DNA of 64,000 nucleotides from an uncultured Candidatus Woesearchaeota archaeon (GTDB taxonomy: Archaea > Nanobdellota > Nanobdellia > UBA10117), in contig CAIPHS010000007.1 in assembly GCA_903864915.1 (NCBI GenBank), positions 15,146 through 79,145 on the forward strand, read 5' to 3'. The translations under genes and the position numbers were made by a program. The first letter of the stretch is position 1. Every line of letters begins with the position of its first letter. Positions 55,695 to 64,000 of this stretch are shown here, piece after piece. The notes beneath the pieces are model-generated. The model was not told the DNA's origin. It searched no databases and worked only from the letters and a program-made list of their open reading frames with translations.

Positions 55695-55756
55695 CTTCGA
55701 CTTTCACCTTTGAAACCAGCGAAATCCGCGAGGATTTCAGCGCGTTTCATCTTCGA
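55687..55756. repeat. 14-nt direct repeat around a 42-nt hairpin-containing insert at the rpl18e start
   Basis: CGTTTCATCTTCGA at 55687-55700 and 55743-55756; GAAATCC-GCGA-GGATTTC between. Confidence 0.75.
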
Positions 55757-55772
55757 TTCCTATGAGCTTGAG

Positions 55773-55856
55773 TGCGGGAGACAGGGTTCGAACCTGTGTA
55801 CCCACTAAGGGACACGACCCTCGATCGTGCGAGTTTGACCGCTCCTCCACTCCCGC
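55773..55856 (-). tRNA. tRNA-Leu(GAG), with C rather than U at position 33
   Basis: GCGGGAG/CTCCCGC-A; anticodon arm CACGA-TCGAGGG-TCGTG; long variable arm; conserved position upstream of rpl18e. Confidence 0.9.
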
Positions 55857-55911
55857 ATTAGCGGACCAGCAAAGCTCGCCTTTGCGCTGCCCGCGTGAGT
55901 TTTAAGAGCAG

Positions 55912-56673
55912 TTACTTGAGTTTCACTTCTTTGAGCTTCTGCTGTAAGATGCTTACAGCTTCATTCAGTATCTTCTCTGGAGCTACCTGGCCCCAGCTCT
56001 CTATCGTGAGTATGAAATTCTCTTCGCTGTTTGTAATTTTGACTCCGTTCTTCTCGAGGGTTTCCTCGTAAGCAGGCAGCCATTTCGGGTAATCAGTAAT
56101 TTCTATTGTCTTGCCAGTCTTCTTTGCAACATTTGCAGGTATTTTCTCGAAAGCCTTGTCCAAATCTGCATTCTTCGTGTCGAATCCAGGTATTCCTCTG
56201 TAATACACATGACAGCCAGACCATTTCGTGTGCTCCATGCCTTTGCCCAAAACTGCAACGAAATCCAGTTCGATTTCCTGGCCTTCCAGAAGCTTCGTAA
56301 TCATCATCTTAGGGTAAATTGCCTTTACAGTTGGGTCCTTGAACTTCATGTCTTCAGCGTAAACTGTTGCAGGCCCTTTTGCCTTCAATGAGCCTTTGAC
56401 AGAACACTTTGCGCAAAGCTTGCCTTTGCAGCTGCACTCGGAAGGCAAGTTGTAAGATTTCAAGTCAGTCTTCAATGGTATCAAACCAAGCCTGTGTGCA
56501 ATAATTTCATCATAAAGTACTGAGGAGTTTTTCGTGTAGTAAACATCTTCGATTGCAAGTGCAGGCACTTCGTACATGGCTGTTCGTCTCAATGCGTTCA
56601 GGAAACCTGGGTGTGCACCCTCTATCTCGAATGTAACTTCATTATCTTCCTGTTTCAGTACGGATATTTTCAT
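55912..56673 (-). CDS. rpoD: RNA polymerase subunit D (Rpo3)
   Basis: NALRR....VP.LAI, NSSVLYDEIIAHRLGLIP, G.G.EH.KW. Confidence 0.96.
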   Translation of the reverse strand: MKISVLKQEDNEVTFEIEGAHPGFLNALRRTAMYEVPALAIEDVYYTKNSSVLYDEIIAHRLGLIPLKTDLKSYNLPSECSCKGKLCAKCSVKGSLKAKGPATVYAEDMKFKDPTVKAIYPKMMITKLLEGQEIELDFVAVLGKGMEHTKWSGCHVYYRGIPGFDTKNADLDKAFEKIPANVAKKTGKTIEITDYPKWLPAYEETLEKNGVKITNSEENFILTIESWGQVAPEKILNEAVSILQQKLKEVKLK

Positions 56674-56674
56674 T

Positions 56675-57064
56675 TTAAACTCGCCTACCTCGCTTGCCGC
56701 CCTTCTTTCGGCAACCACCGTGAGGAATAGGAGTTACATCTTCTATGCCTATTACCTGCAGGCCAGACCTTGTCAAGGCTCTGATTGCTGGCTGTGCGCC
56801 TGGGCCTGGGAATCTCATTCCATTCTGTCCGCCCTTCGCCCTGACTTTAACATAAATCTTCCTTACGCCCTGTTCCAGGGCGGTTGCTGCAGCTTTTTTT
56901 GCAGCAAGCATCGCGGCAGTCGGGCTTCCTTCCAGCCTGTCAGCCTTGACTACTTGGCCACCTGATGCCAGAGCAATTGTCTCTGTGCCTGTCAGGTCAG
57001 TGATGTGTATGATTGTGTTGTTGTAAGTTGCCTGTATGTGTGCTATTCCTATTCGGTCAGCCAT
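56675..57064 (-). CDS. rps11: 30S ribosomal protein S11
   Basis: [42 protein letters not shown]. Confidence 0.97.
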   Translation of the reverse strand: MADRIGIAHIQATYNNTIIHITDLTGTETIALASGGQVVKADRLEGSPTAAMLAAKKAAATALEQGVRKIYVKVRAKGGQNGMRFPGPGAQPAIRALTRSGLQVIGIEDVTPIPHGGCRKKGGKRGRRV

Positions 57065-57611
57065 TTGTCTTTACCTCTGCCGCAGGTTTTGCTTCTGCTG
57101 GCTTTTCCTTGACTTCTGTTACTGGCTCTTCAGGCTTTAATTTTGGCGTGAAGCCAGGCACGTAAGAAGCATCTTCGCCAACTTTCATCAGATAAGATGG
57201 TGAGTTCAATTTCTTTCCATTAACCATGATCTTGCCATGAACTATGAACTGTCTGGCCTGCAACGCTGTAAGCGCAAGGCCTTTCTTGAAAACAGCAGTC
57301 TCCAACCTCTTATCCATGACATCTTTCAATGTTATAGATAGAATATCATCAGCGTCTGCTTCTGCACCGGCAACTCCGTATCTCTGCAGCCTTTCTAATA
57401 AGATCTTGAGTACTTCATCTTGCTTTGGCCCGGCACGCATGCTTGTGATTTCCTTGGCCTGCCTGTGCCAGTTTCTGAGTATGGCCTTCATTCTCCAGAT
57501 TTCCCTCATCCTTCTGATGCCATACGCCTTGCCCAAGCCGTGCTCTTCCTCGATTCTCTCAGCACGCCATGGATGCTTTGGACCACTACGTTTCTTCTTT
57601 TGTCGCCACAT
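57057..57611 (-). CDS. rps4: 30S ribosomal protein S4
   Basis: P.HPW...RI, YG....[19 protein letters not shown]. Confidence 0.95.
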   Translation of the reverse strand: MWRQKKKRSGPKHPWRAERIEEEHGLGKAYGIRRMREIWRMKAILRNWHRQAKEITSMRAGPKQDEVLKILLERLQRYGVAGAEADADDILSITLKDVMDKRLETAVFKKGLALTALQARQFIVHGKIMVNGKKLNSPSYLMKVGEDASYVPGFTPKLKPEEPVTEVKEKPAEAKPAAEVKTNG

Positions 57612-57613
57612 GG

Positions 57614-58189
57614 TTACTTCTTACCCTCTTTCTTCCCTTCAGTCTTTGGAGCTGCTTTTGGCATCTCCTTCTGTCGGGTTACACCAACAGTAGTACCCTT
57701 TCTACCAGTTGTCCTTGACCTCTGGCCTCGGACTCTCTTACCCTTAATGTGTCTGATGCCTCTGAAACTTCGGATTTTCTTCAGGAACTTTATATCCAGA
57801 CTTTGCTGGAAGGTGAGATTAGAACCAACCAAATGCTTGTCAACGCCCGTTTCCAGGTCCTTTCTCCTGTTCAGCATCCAAATAGGAATGCCATATTTTT
57901 CAGGGTGCTGCATGCAATCTTCAATCTTGGCTATTTCAGGTTCTGACAAATTTCCAACCTTCTCATTCCTAACAAGGCCAAGAACATGGCAGATTGCATT
58001 AGAAAGCATGAAATCGATGCCTTTGACTTTAGTCAAGGCAAGATAAATAGACTCTTCACCATCTACGTCCTTGTCCACGATTCTTAACAGTGACCTGAAT
58101 TCCTTTCCCGGAACCGAAGCTTTGCTTTGGTGAGGCGCAGCTGAACTCTGTTCAGGTTGTGCTTCTTTTGGTTTGACTTCTTCAGCCAT
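57614..58189 (-). CDS. rps13: 30S ribosomal protein S13
   Basis: P.WMLNRRKD.ETG.D.H, RG.RH, VRGQR.RTTGR.G.TVGV. Confidence 0.97.
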   Translation of the reverse strand: MAEEVKPKEAQPEQSSAAPHQSKASVPGKEFRSLLRIVDKDVDGEESIYLALTKVKGIDFMLSNAICHVLGLVRNEKVGNLSEPEIAKIEDCMQHPEKYGIPIWMLNRRKDLETGVDKHLVGSNLTFQQSLDIKFLKKIRSFRGIRHIKGKRVRGQRSRTTGRKGTTVGVTRQKEMPKAAPKTEGKKEGKK

Positions 58190-58299
58190 TTTGTAAGATA
58201 AAACTGCAAACAGAACACAAAGATTTTGTGCTGCGTTTACAGCAACCTACTGACGTAGGACTTCTAAAGTCAGCTCAAATGGTGGCTTTTTAAAGGTTT

Positions 58300-59316
58300 T
58301 TACTGCAATCCCACCATACTCAAAATTTTGTGGTTGATGTGTGGTATTCGTATTAATGCTGGCATAAGAAGATAACAGAGTTTTGTAAGATACGGTCGTG
58401 TCGCAATTATTTTGCGGGTTTTTTCCTGCGCGGCTTTAATTTTTAATAGCTCTTCGATTTGGGTGAAATCGTATTTAGAACTTAGAATTCCTCGTGCAAC
58501 TTCTTCCCCGCTGATGATTGCAGGGCCTATGCCTTTGCCCGTAAGGTCCATTATAAAACCTGCTGCATCTCCAACCAAAAACACGTTCTTGAACTTAAAA
58601 CCCTCATATGACATATTTAATGGTGCTGCAATCAGTTTCTTTCCTTTGATTTTATATCCTTTTTCAGCGCACCACTCATCTAAATTCGTTCTAATTTCTG
58701 CTGCCGAAATCTCATTTGAATAGCAACCAGCTCCTATCATTGCTGAATTTTTGTAAGGAAAAATCCATGCGAAAAGAGAACCGAAAAGCTTTCTGTTGAA
58801 TATAAATTCCAAGTCTTTAAAGCGACCTTTGACTTCGTACTCCATGCAGATAGCCCATTTATTGGATTTTAGGCCAAGGTATTCGCGAACAATTGACGCA
58901 CTTCCATCTGCGCCTATCAAGAATTTGAAAGGGATTTTTTCTTTTCCAACTTTCACAAAATTTTTGCTAATTTCTGTGACTTTTGCGTTGTATCTGATTT
59001 CAGCGCCTGCTTTTTGTGCTTGTTTCGCTTGAAATTTTCCCAAGTTTGTTCTGCGAACCGTGCACATTATTTTTCCAGAATCTTTTAGCGAGACTTCTGT
59101 GCCCTCAAGATTTAGTAATACTCGATTGAATTGCCGCTCTAGAATGGATTTGGGAATTCCGTAGCTGAGTTCCAAATTAGTTAGACCACCAGCACAAACT
59201 TTCAAGCCTGGAATCTCGTTTTTCTCTAGAACCAAAACGTCTTTTCCTGCTTCTGCCAGCATTTTTGCTGCAGCCAGCCCTCCAGGGCCTGCTCCCACTA
59301 TAACAATTTCTGGCAT
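58300..59316 (-). CDS. FAD-dependent oxidoreductase, geranylgeranyl reductase family
   Basis: VGAGPGG, KVCAGG, IGADG..S, WIFP, VGDAAG....TG.GI. Confidence 0.85.
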   Translation of the reverse strand: MPEIVIVGAGPGGLAAAKMLAEAGKDVLVLEKNEIPGLKVCAGGLTNLELSYGIPKSILERQFNRVLLNLEGTEVSLKDSGKIMCTVRRTNLGKFQAKQAQKAGAEIRYNAKVTEISKNFVKVGKEKIPFKFLIGADGSASIVREYLGLKSNKWAICMEYEVKGRFKDLEFIFNRKLFGSLFAWIFPYKNSAMIGAGCYSNEISAAEIRTNLDEWCAEKGYKIKGKKLIAAPLNMSYEGFKFKNVFLVGDAAGFIMDLTGKGIGPAIISGEEVARGILSSKYDFTQIEELLKIKAAQEKTRKIIATRPYLTKLCYLLMPALIRIPHINHKILSMVGLQ

Positions 59317-59354
59317 ACAACCACAAATTGCAGGACTTTAATAAAAGTTGTGAA

Positions 59355-59480
59355 CGCCGAGGCTGGGATTTGAACCCAGACACCCTTGCGGGAACAAGCT
59401 CTCGAGACCTTATTCCAGGCGTACGCTCGTTTTAATTTCTTAAAAACGATTTGCGCGCTACCAGGTTACGCGACCTCGGC
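59355..59480 (-). tRNA. tRNA-Ser(GGA) with two introns: 30 nt at 29/30 (59421-59450) and 12 nt at 37/38 (59401-59412)
   Basis: GCCGAGG/CCTCGGC-G; long variable arm. Removing both introns gives a perfect CAAGC-CTGGAAA-GCTTG arm. Intron 1 has a GCGC/GCGT central helix with 3-nt bulges. Confidence 0.8.
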
Positions 59481-59496
59481 ATGCCTAACGGGTATT

Positions 59497-60225
59497 TTAG
59501 CCAGTTAAAAGACTTTCTTTCAGTCTTAAATATTTAACTTTGTGATTCAAACCTATTTCATTCAGAAATTTCTGTCTGCTCTTTTTCATAGATATTATCA
59601 AGATATGATTAACCGACCATTTTGGATTTTTGGGCGAATAACTATATATTTTAGATTCGATATGAAATAAAGACAAAAGTTTCTGTACATCTCGAATGCC
59701 TTTTTCATTTACGGTTTGCACCCTAATAACTTTACTAGTTATGTACCCTTCGGCATCAAAAAAAGCTCTTAGCCATTCCTTCAGCAATTGCTTACTATTC
59801 ATAATAAAACTCGGTATAGACCAGGTTTTAACACCAAAAGCAGCGTGTTTGAGTAAATCTTCGACCACTATTTTTGAATTAAAACGAACACTATAGAAAT
59901 TATTATGTTCTCTAATTGTTGGGGCTATATTATAAACTGTTTTAAGTGCGGCTATGAACGGCGATAACAATGATGAATGATCTGGATAAAACCCCACCTC
60001 ATTATGAAAACCGCGACCTTTCTCTTCGCGAATACCAACGTGACCATCACCTGCTAAATATCCAAATACTAGAGCTTTAAGACGTAATTTATTTTTAGAA
60101 TTATTATTTATCCGCGCTCGCTCTTTGGCTTGGCGTTTTTGCCAGTATGCAAGAACATTAGCTCTATTCCTCTCTCTAAATCGCATCTGATTATTAGGAA
60201 GGCGCAGTATTTTAATATAGCGCAT
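59497..60225 (-). mobile_element. Free-standing double-motif LAGLIDADG homing endonuclease gene
   Basis: LVFGYLAGDG and WLRAFFDAEG motifs; F.NEIG.NH..K C-terminus; no intein splicing residues; visibly AT-richer than its neighbours. Confidence 0.88.
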
Positions 60226-60287
60226 TACCAGCGAGTTAAGAAATTAATACTCAACAAAGTCGAGATACCAGGTTATGCGACCTCGGC
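60220..60287 (-). pseudogene. Duplicated, interrupted 5' fragment of tRNA-Ser
   Basis: 60266-60287 matches tRNA nt 1-22 at 21/22. CTGGTAATGCGC at 60220-60231 continues the D-arm with a compensatory change. Confidence 0.7.
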
Positions 60288-60324
60288 ACAACATTACGTT
60301 CTAAAATCTGTTTAAAAGTCTTAT

Positions 60325-60978
60325 TTACAAAATTTCTGCCTTGGTTATTGTGACATTCGTTGCTGGCCTGTCATTTGCATCTGTCCTGACCTTGCCAATT
60401 TTATCGACAACATCCATGCCTTCTATGACTTTTCCGAAAGCTGGATGTTTTGAGTCGAGGAAATTATTATTCACCAAGTTTATGAAAAACTGGCTTCCAC
60501 CAGTGTTTGGGCCTGCATTCGCCATTGCAATCGTGCCTCTGTCATTCCTATTGTGGTTTGTAAACTCATCTTTGATCGTATAACCTGGGCCGCCCATGCC
60601 AGTTCCTTCAGGGTCTCCGCCCTGTATCATAAAGCCATCAATGACCCTATGGAAAATCACGCCATCATAGAATCCTTCACCTACTAGCTTCTCAAAATTG
60701 CCAGTAGTTATTGGCATGTCGCTATTCAGCTGAATTTTGATGTCGCCCATGTTTGTATGTAATACAACTACTTTTCCAGTAACAGATGTTTCCTTTTTTC
60801 CCATGATCATCCAGGCTCCAAACGCTAATATGATAATTATAATTGCTGCCGCAGCCCAAATAAGCTTGCTCTTGGGCTTGTAGTTTATTTTCCGGTCTTC
60901 TCCGCCTTTATCATTTCCGGCGGGAGCAGGATTGGAATCCCCTCCCGAATCGGGTACGGATACTTGCATGTCTTGCAT
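60325..60978 (-). CDS. Cyclophilin-type peptidyl-prolyl isomerase with N-terminal TM anchor (start uncertain)
   Basis: [44 protein letters not shown]. Confidence 0.92.
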   Translation of the reverse strand: MQDMQVSVPDSGGDSNPAPAGNDKGGEDRKINYKPKSKLIWAAAAIIIIILAFGAWMIMGKKETSVTGKVVVLHTNMGDIKIQLNSDMPITTGNFEKLVGEGFYDGVIFHRVIDGFMIQGGDPEGTGMGGPGYTIKDEFTNHNRNDRGTIAMANAGPNTGGSQFFINLVNNNFLDSKHPAFGKVIEGMDVVDKIGKVRTDANDRPATNVTITKAEIL

Positions 60979-61073
60979 GTGAGTGTTTGTTTATCTTTGT
61001 TATAAATTAAATCAGACTTGTCAACAGGGCAGCATATGATTTCCAGCAGCTCCTTTGAAATCTCTTTTGTCAT
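60885..61073 (-). CDS. Trm112-like methyltransferase activator
   Basis: [14 protein letters not shown]...YPI.EGIP.LL. Confidence 0.88.
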   Translation of the reverse strand: MTKEISKELLEIICCPVDKSDLIYNKDKQTLTCKTCKYPYPIREGIPILLPPEMIKAEKTGK

Positions 61074-61105
61074 ACTTGTCTTGGAAAAATACAATCTTTT
61101 AAGTC

Positions 61106-61723
61106 TTACTTAGTGCCTTTCACGACCCAAAAGCCGCCACTTTTTGCAAGCACTCTTACTTCTGAAAAGAGCTTTTTCATTTCCTCAAACAGGACCTCTC
61201 CGCCTTTGGATTTTCTTGCAACTATCTGCAGGCTTCCGCCTTTATTCAGATGCTCTGGGGCGCCCTTAATCATGCACATCACTATTTCTCTGCCAGCAGT
61301 CATTGGCGGGTTCAGCAAAATCAGGTCAAATTTCTCATCCTTTATTGGTTCATAGGCATTGCCTTGCCTGGCTTTAGCATTCTTTAGCTTGTTAATCTTC
61401 AGGTTTTCAGCTGCAATCATCACAGCTCGCCTGTTGATATCTGTAAGAATCACTGAACAATTCGGGCAGGCTTTCGCGGCAACAACCCCGATCATACCAT
61501 AGCCGCAACCCAAATCAAGAATCTTGCCTTTTTCTGGCAATTCTGCGTTTTCTATCAGAAGTTTTGAAGCTGTGTCCACATCACGTGATGCAAAAATTCC
61601 AGAAGCGGACTTGAGTGTTAAATCAAAATCGCGAATGTGTGCCTTAATGGTACGTTCCCGATATGTAGATTTCGGCTCTTCAGTATAATAATATTCATTT
61701 TCGAATTCTTCATCTTTTGCCAT
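61106..61723 (-). CDS. RsmC/MTS-family SAM methyltransferase
   Basis: GIF....[20 protein letters not shown]; start MAKDEE at 61723. Confidence 0.9.
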   Translation of the reverse strand: MAKDEEFENEYYYTEEPKSTYRERTIKAHIRDFDLTLKSASGIFASRDVDTASKLLIENAELPEKGKILDLGCGYGMIGVVAAKACPNCSVILTDINRRAVMIAAENLKINKLKNAKARQGNAYEPIKDEKFDLILLNPPMTAGREIVMCMIKGAPEHLNKGGSLQIVARKSKGGEVLFEEMKKLFSEVRVLAKSGGFWVVKGTK

Positions 61724-62033
61724 AACGCCCATACAGCTGCTCAAGTATTTGCCTTTCGTATTCCGGCTTAAAAAATTTAAGGGGAAGTCCGATGTAGCCA
61801 TAGCTTCCATCATAACCTGTTGCTATTATTCCACTCTCTAGATTCCTCATGTTTTCGCAGTTGAAAAAAAGCGTTTTATCGTCGACAAGAATGTTAACCA
61901 GACTAATAGCGCCGCCGCCCTCTGTCCTGACAAAATCTCTCTTGTCAAGCTTGCTGGTCAGCAGCTTCCTTATTTTGCTAAACTCTGTTACAATCTGCAG
62001 TTTTGCACTTGGATTTGGTTCGTATTTTCGCAT
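61710..62033 (-). CDS. Hypothetical protein
   Basis: TAATATG junction with cbf5; overlaps the methyltransferase start. Confidence 0.55.
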   Translation of the reverse strand: MRKYEPNPSAKLQIVTEFSKIRKLLTSKLDKRDFVRTEGGGAISLVNILVDDKTLFFNCENMRNLESGIIATGYDGSYGYIGLPLKFFKPEYERQILEQLYGRYGKR

Positions 62034-62034
62034 A

Positions 62035-62976
62035 TTAAATCAGCACCACGTCTGTCTTGACGGCCATACCTTTTTGAGCTTTTTCCATTTCTCTGGCATC
62101 AAGCTGTGCAATCCCTATTGCAAGCAGGTTGCTATTTGTATCAAAGACCGCGACCTCTTTATCCTTGTGTAAATCAGAAGTGTAAGCCAGAACTCCTGGT
62201 GTAAAGACTGGCGAGCCGTGCTTTATTCGTTCTGCAACCCCTACATCCACATAAACTTTTGGCAAGTGTTCAGCACCTCTTTCCAAAGGCAGAATTATTT
62301 TCCTGATGTATGCATCTTTCTTGGTTTGCAGGTATTTACTATAATTTTTCTGCACTTGTTCTAACGTCACGGAACCTTTTATCTTAAATGGGCCTGCCTG
62401 TAGTCTTCGCAGCTCAGCCATATGCCCTCCTGTTTTGAGATATTCGCCCATGTCGTGGCATAATTTCCGAATGTAAGTGCCAGCCTCGCAGCCGACTTCA
62501 AATTCTACATCCTTGCCTTTGAATTTCTTTAAAGTCAGCCAGTAGATTTCCCTAGTGCGCAGCTTTCTGGCAACTGCCGAGATGCGGGGAGGCAATTGTT
62601 CTATCTTTCCGGTAAACTTGGCAAAAGCATCGAGAACTTGCGCTTTTGTAACGGCCTTGTGAATATGCATTCTTCCCTCATAGACCTTGCCTGCTTTTGA
62701 CATTAAAGATAAAACTTTCACACCCTTGCCAACGCCAATTGGCAACACACCTGTGACCATTGGATCAAGAGTGCCTGCATGGCCGACCTTTGGCTGCTCC
62801 AGCAAAGACCGTATCCTGTTGCCAACCTGTATCGATTTAGGTCCGCTTGGCTTGTCAATAATTATCAACCCGGCATTAAGCAACTCAGCTGCAGTTTTTG
62901 CCTTTAGTTTCTTGATTTTTGCCTTCTGCTTGAAAATCAACTTTCGTTCAACCAGCTCAAAAGGCAGTTTATTCAT
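62035..62976 (-). CDS. cbf5: H/ACA RNA-guided pseudouridine synthase Cbf5
   Basis: DKPSGP.S, GHAGTLDP.VTGVLP, GTYIRKLCHD, PUA domain. Confidence 0.95.
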   Translation of the reverse strand: MNKLPFELVERKLIFKQKAKIKKLKAKTAAELLNAGLIIIDKPSGPKSIQVGNRIRSLLEQPKVGHAGTLDPMVTGVLPIGVGKGVKVLSLMSKAGKVYEGRMHIHKAVTKAQVLDAFAKFTGKIEQLPPRISAVARKLRTREIYWLTLKKFKGKDVEFEVGCEAGTYIRKLCHDMGEYLKTGGHMAELRRLQAGPFKIKGSVTLEQVQKNYSKYLQTKKDAYIRKIILPLERGAEHLPKVYVDVGVAERIKHGSPVFTPGVLAYTSDLHKDKEVAVFDTNSNLLAIGIAQLDAREMEKAQKGMAVKTDVVLI

Positions 62977-63069
62977 AAAACCAAAACCAAAATTCCAAAT
63001 TAAAGCTTTGCCTATTGTAACCCAGCAAAAATAAATCATATTTATATGCAAAAAAACTGAGTTTATGCT

Positions 63070-63558
63070 ATGGCTAAGAGAAAAGAGAGAATCGGAGTAT
63101 TTGAGGCGAATCCCGAGAAGGCTTCTGCGAAAGTTAGCATCAATACATTCATGATTGGAAGCTTATTCATGATATTAACTATTGTTTGGACTTTGAACCC
63201 TGAGAAATTCAGCATATTAATAATGGCTCAGCTTGTTTTGGCAATTCCTCTTTTGTTTGTTTCCAGCCTTGCTTATGCAAAGATTGGCTATTGGAAAGAA
63301 CACAAACTCTGGGACACATATGGATGGTTTACTAACAACTTTGGCAATCTTCTTGTTTTAAACGTGGTTGGGCTGATGACTGCAACAATTTTTAGGAGCA
63401 TAGCGCTTGCGTATTTCGCACTGATAATAATGTTAATGTTCACCTACTCCATGATTAACATCAAATATAACCCGCACAAAATGACTGAAAAAATATTAAA
63501 ATTCCTCTTTTTGTTGGCAATAATATTTTTGGGCGGAGTTCTGCCAATATCAATTTGA
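63070..63558 (+). CDS. Polytopic membrane protein
   Basis: About five hydrophobic helices; opposite strand to its neighbours. Confidence 0.75.
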   Translation: MAKRKERIGVFEANPEKASAKVSINTFMIGSLFMILTIVWTLNPEKFSILIMAQLVLAIPLLFVSSLAYAKIGYWKEHKLWDTYGWFTNNFGNLLVLNVVGLMTATIFRSIALAYFALIIMLMFTYSMINIKYNPHKMTEKILKFLFLLAIIFLGGVLPISI

Positions 63559-63562
63559 GAAT

Positions 63563-63913
63563 TTAGGCCTTGGCTTTCTTTGGCTTCTCTGCCTTGTGCT
63601 TGGCTTTTTTCTCTTCCTTCTTTGCAACAGGCTTTGCCGTGGCTTTTGGCTTTGGTGCTTTTGGCGGAGATTTCTTCTCCAGTTTAATGCCAAAGTTTTC
63701 AAGAGCTTTCAAAACTTCTTCGTGAGTCACACCTTTCTTGATGTCTGCCTTGTGCGGCAGGAGTTCAAGATGGGTGATGTTGCACTTCCTTCGCCTTGTG
63801 TTTCCATCAATCATAACAAAGTTCTTGTCTTGGATGTCAACAATTATACACTCTTTTCCGGCATCTCTGCCAGCAATTTTAACACATAATCTTCCAACTT
63901 CAATAGCTGCCAT
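63563..63913 (-). CDS. rpl14e: 50S ribosomal protein L14e with Lys/Ala-rich tail
   Basis: EVGR.CVKIAGRDAG..C.IVD, RRKCNI.HLE. Confidence 0.95.
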   Translation of the reverse strand: MAAIEVGRLCVKIAGRDAGKECIIVDIQDKNFVMIDGNTRRRKCNITHLELLPHKADIKKGVTHEEVLKALENFGIKLEKKSPPKAPKPKATAKPVAKKEEKKAKHKAEKPKKAKA

Positions 63914-63914
63914 T

Positions 63915-64000
63915 TTACACCTTCACAAATTGTCTGTAATGTATCGGAACATCATCTGCTTTTGCAATCTTGTACTTCACCCGTGCTTTCCAGACCAATA
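63915..64000 (-). CDS. C-terminal fragment of an upstream gene, possibly ribosomal protein L34e
   Basis: ..LVWKARVKYKIAKADDVPIHYRQFVKV*. The identity is inferred mostly from archaeal gene order. Confidence 0.4.
   Translation of the reverse strand, partial: LVWKARVKYKIAKADDVPIHYRQFVKV

Noticed and set aside
59409-59450. Single 42-nt intron giving tRNA-Ser(CGA)
   Set aside because: No BHB-compatible helix at that 3' junction and a weaker anticodon stem; the two-intron model fits better.
59497-60225. Intein
   Set aside because: No host extein, no N-terminal Cys/Ser block and no C-terminal His-Asn.
1-64000. CRISPR array, cas genes, rRNA, transposase or integrase
   Set aside because: No regularly spaced repeats or recognisable motifs were seen. 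The junction repeats are separated by whole genes, not spacers.

Overview
Archaeal chromosomal window, most likely from a DPANN (Nanobdellota/Woesearchaeota-Pacearchaeota-like) organism. The archaeal call rests on TATA/BRE promoters, many leaderless genes, gatD/gatE, TFE, Cbf5, Elp3, archaeal ribosomal proteins and BHB-type tRNA introns; the finer placement is inference. The core backbone includes gatDE, ftsZ, ATP-dependent DNA ligase, trxB/glutaredoxin, elp3, tfe, rpoN, the S13-S4-S11-rpoD and L18e-L13-S9 clusters, cbf5, L14e and three tRNAs (Gln-TTG, Leu-GAG, intron-containing Ser-GGA). Most notable observations: (1) a ~9 kb co-directional array of about 18 mostly orphan genes (45629-54516) lies between rps9 and rpoN. 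Unrelated genes are joined by a recurring 15-17 nt junction (GGAGGCCAGCTAAAATG and variants), which suggests a gene-cassette-like system with no integrase in view. (2) A free-standing two-motif LAGLIDADG endonuclease gene is bracketed by two copies of the tRNA-Ser 5' end, beside a two-intron tRNA-Ser. (3) A secreted fibre/pilus-like gene cluster, whose subunits share an N-terminal strand motif, is linked to a PAS / KaiC-like / Roadblock / MglA-like GTPase module and a rhomboid protease. (4) Several microproteins missing from the ORF track, including two tandem SWIB-like ~50-aa proteins, plus candidate structured RNAs after ftsZ and before a wHTH regulator. All functional calls come from motif recognition by eye; no searches were run.
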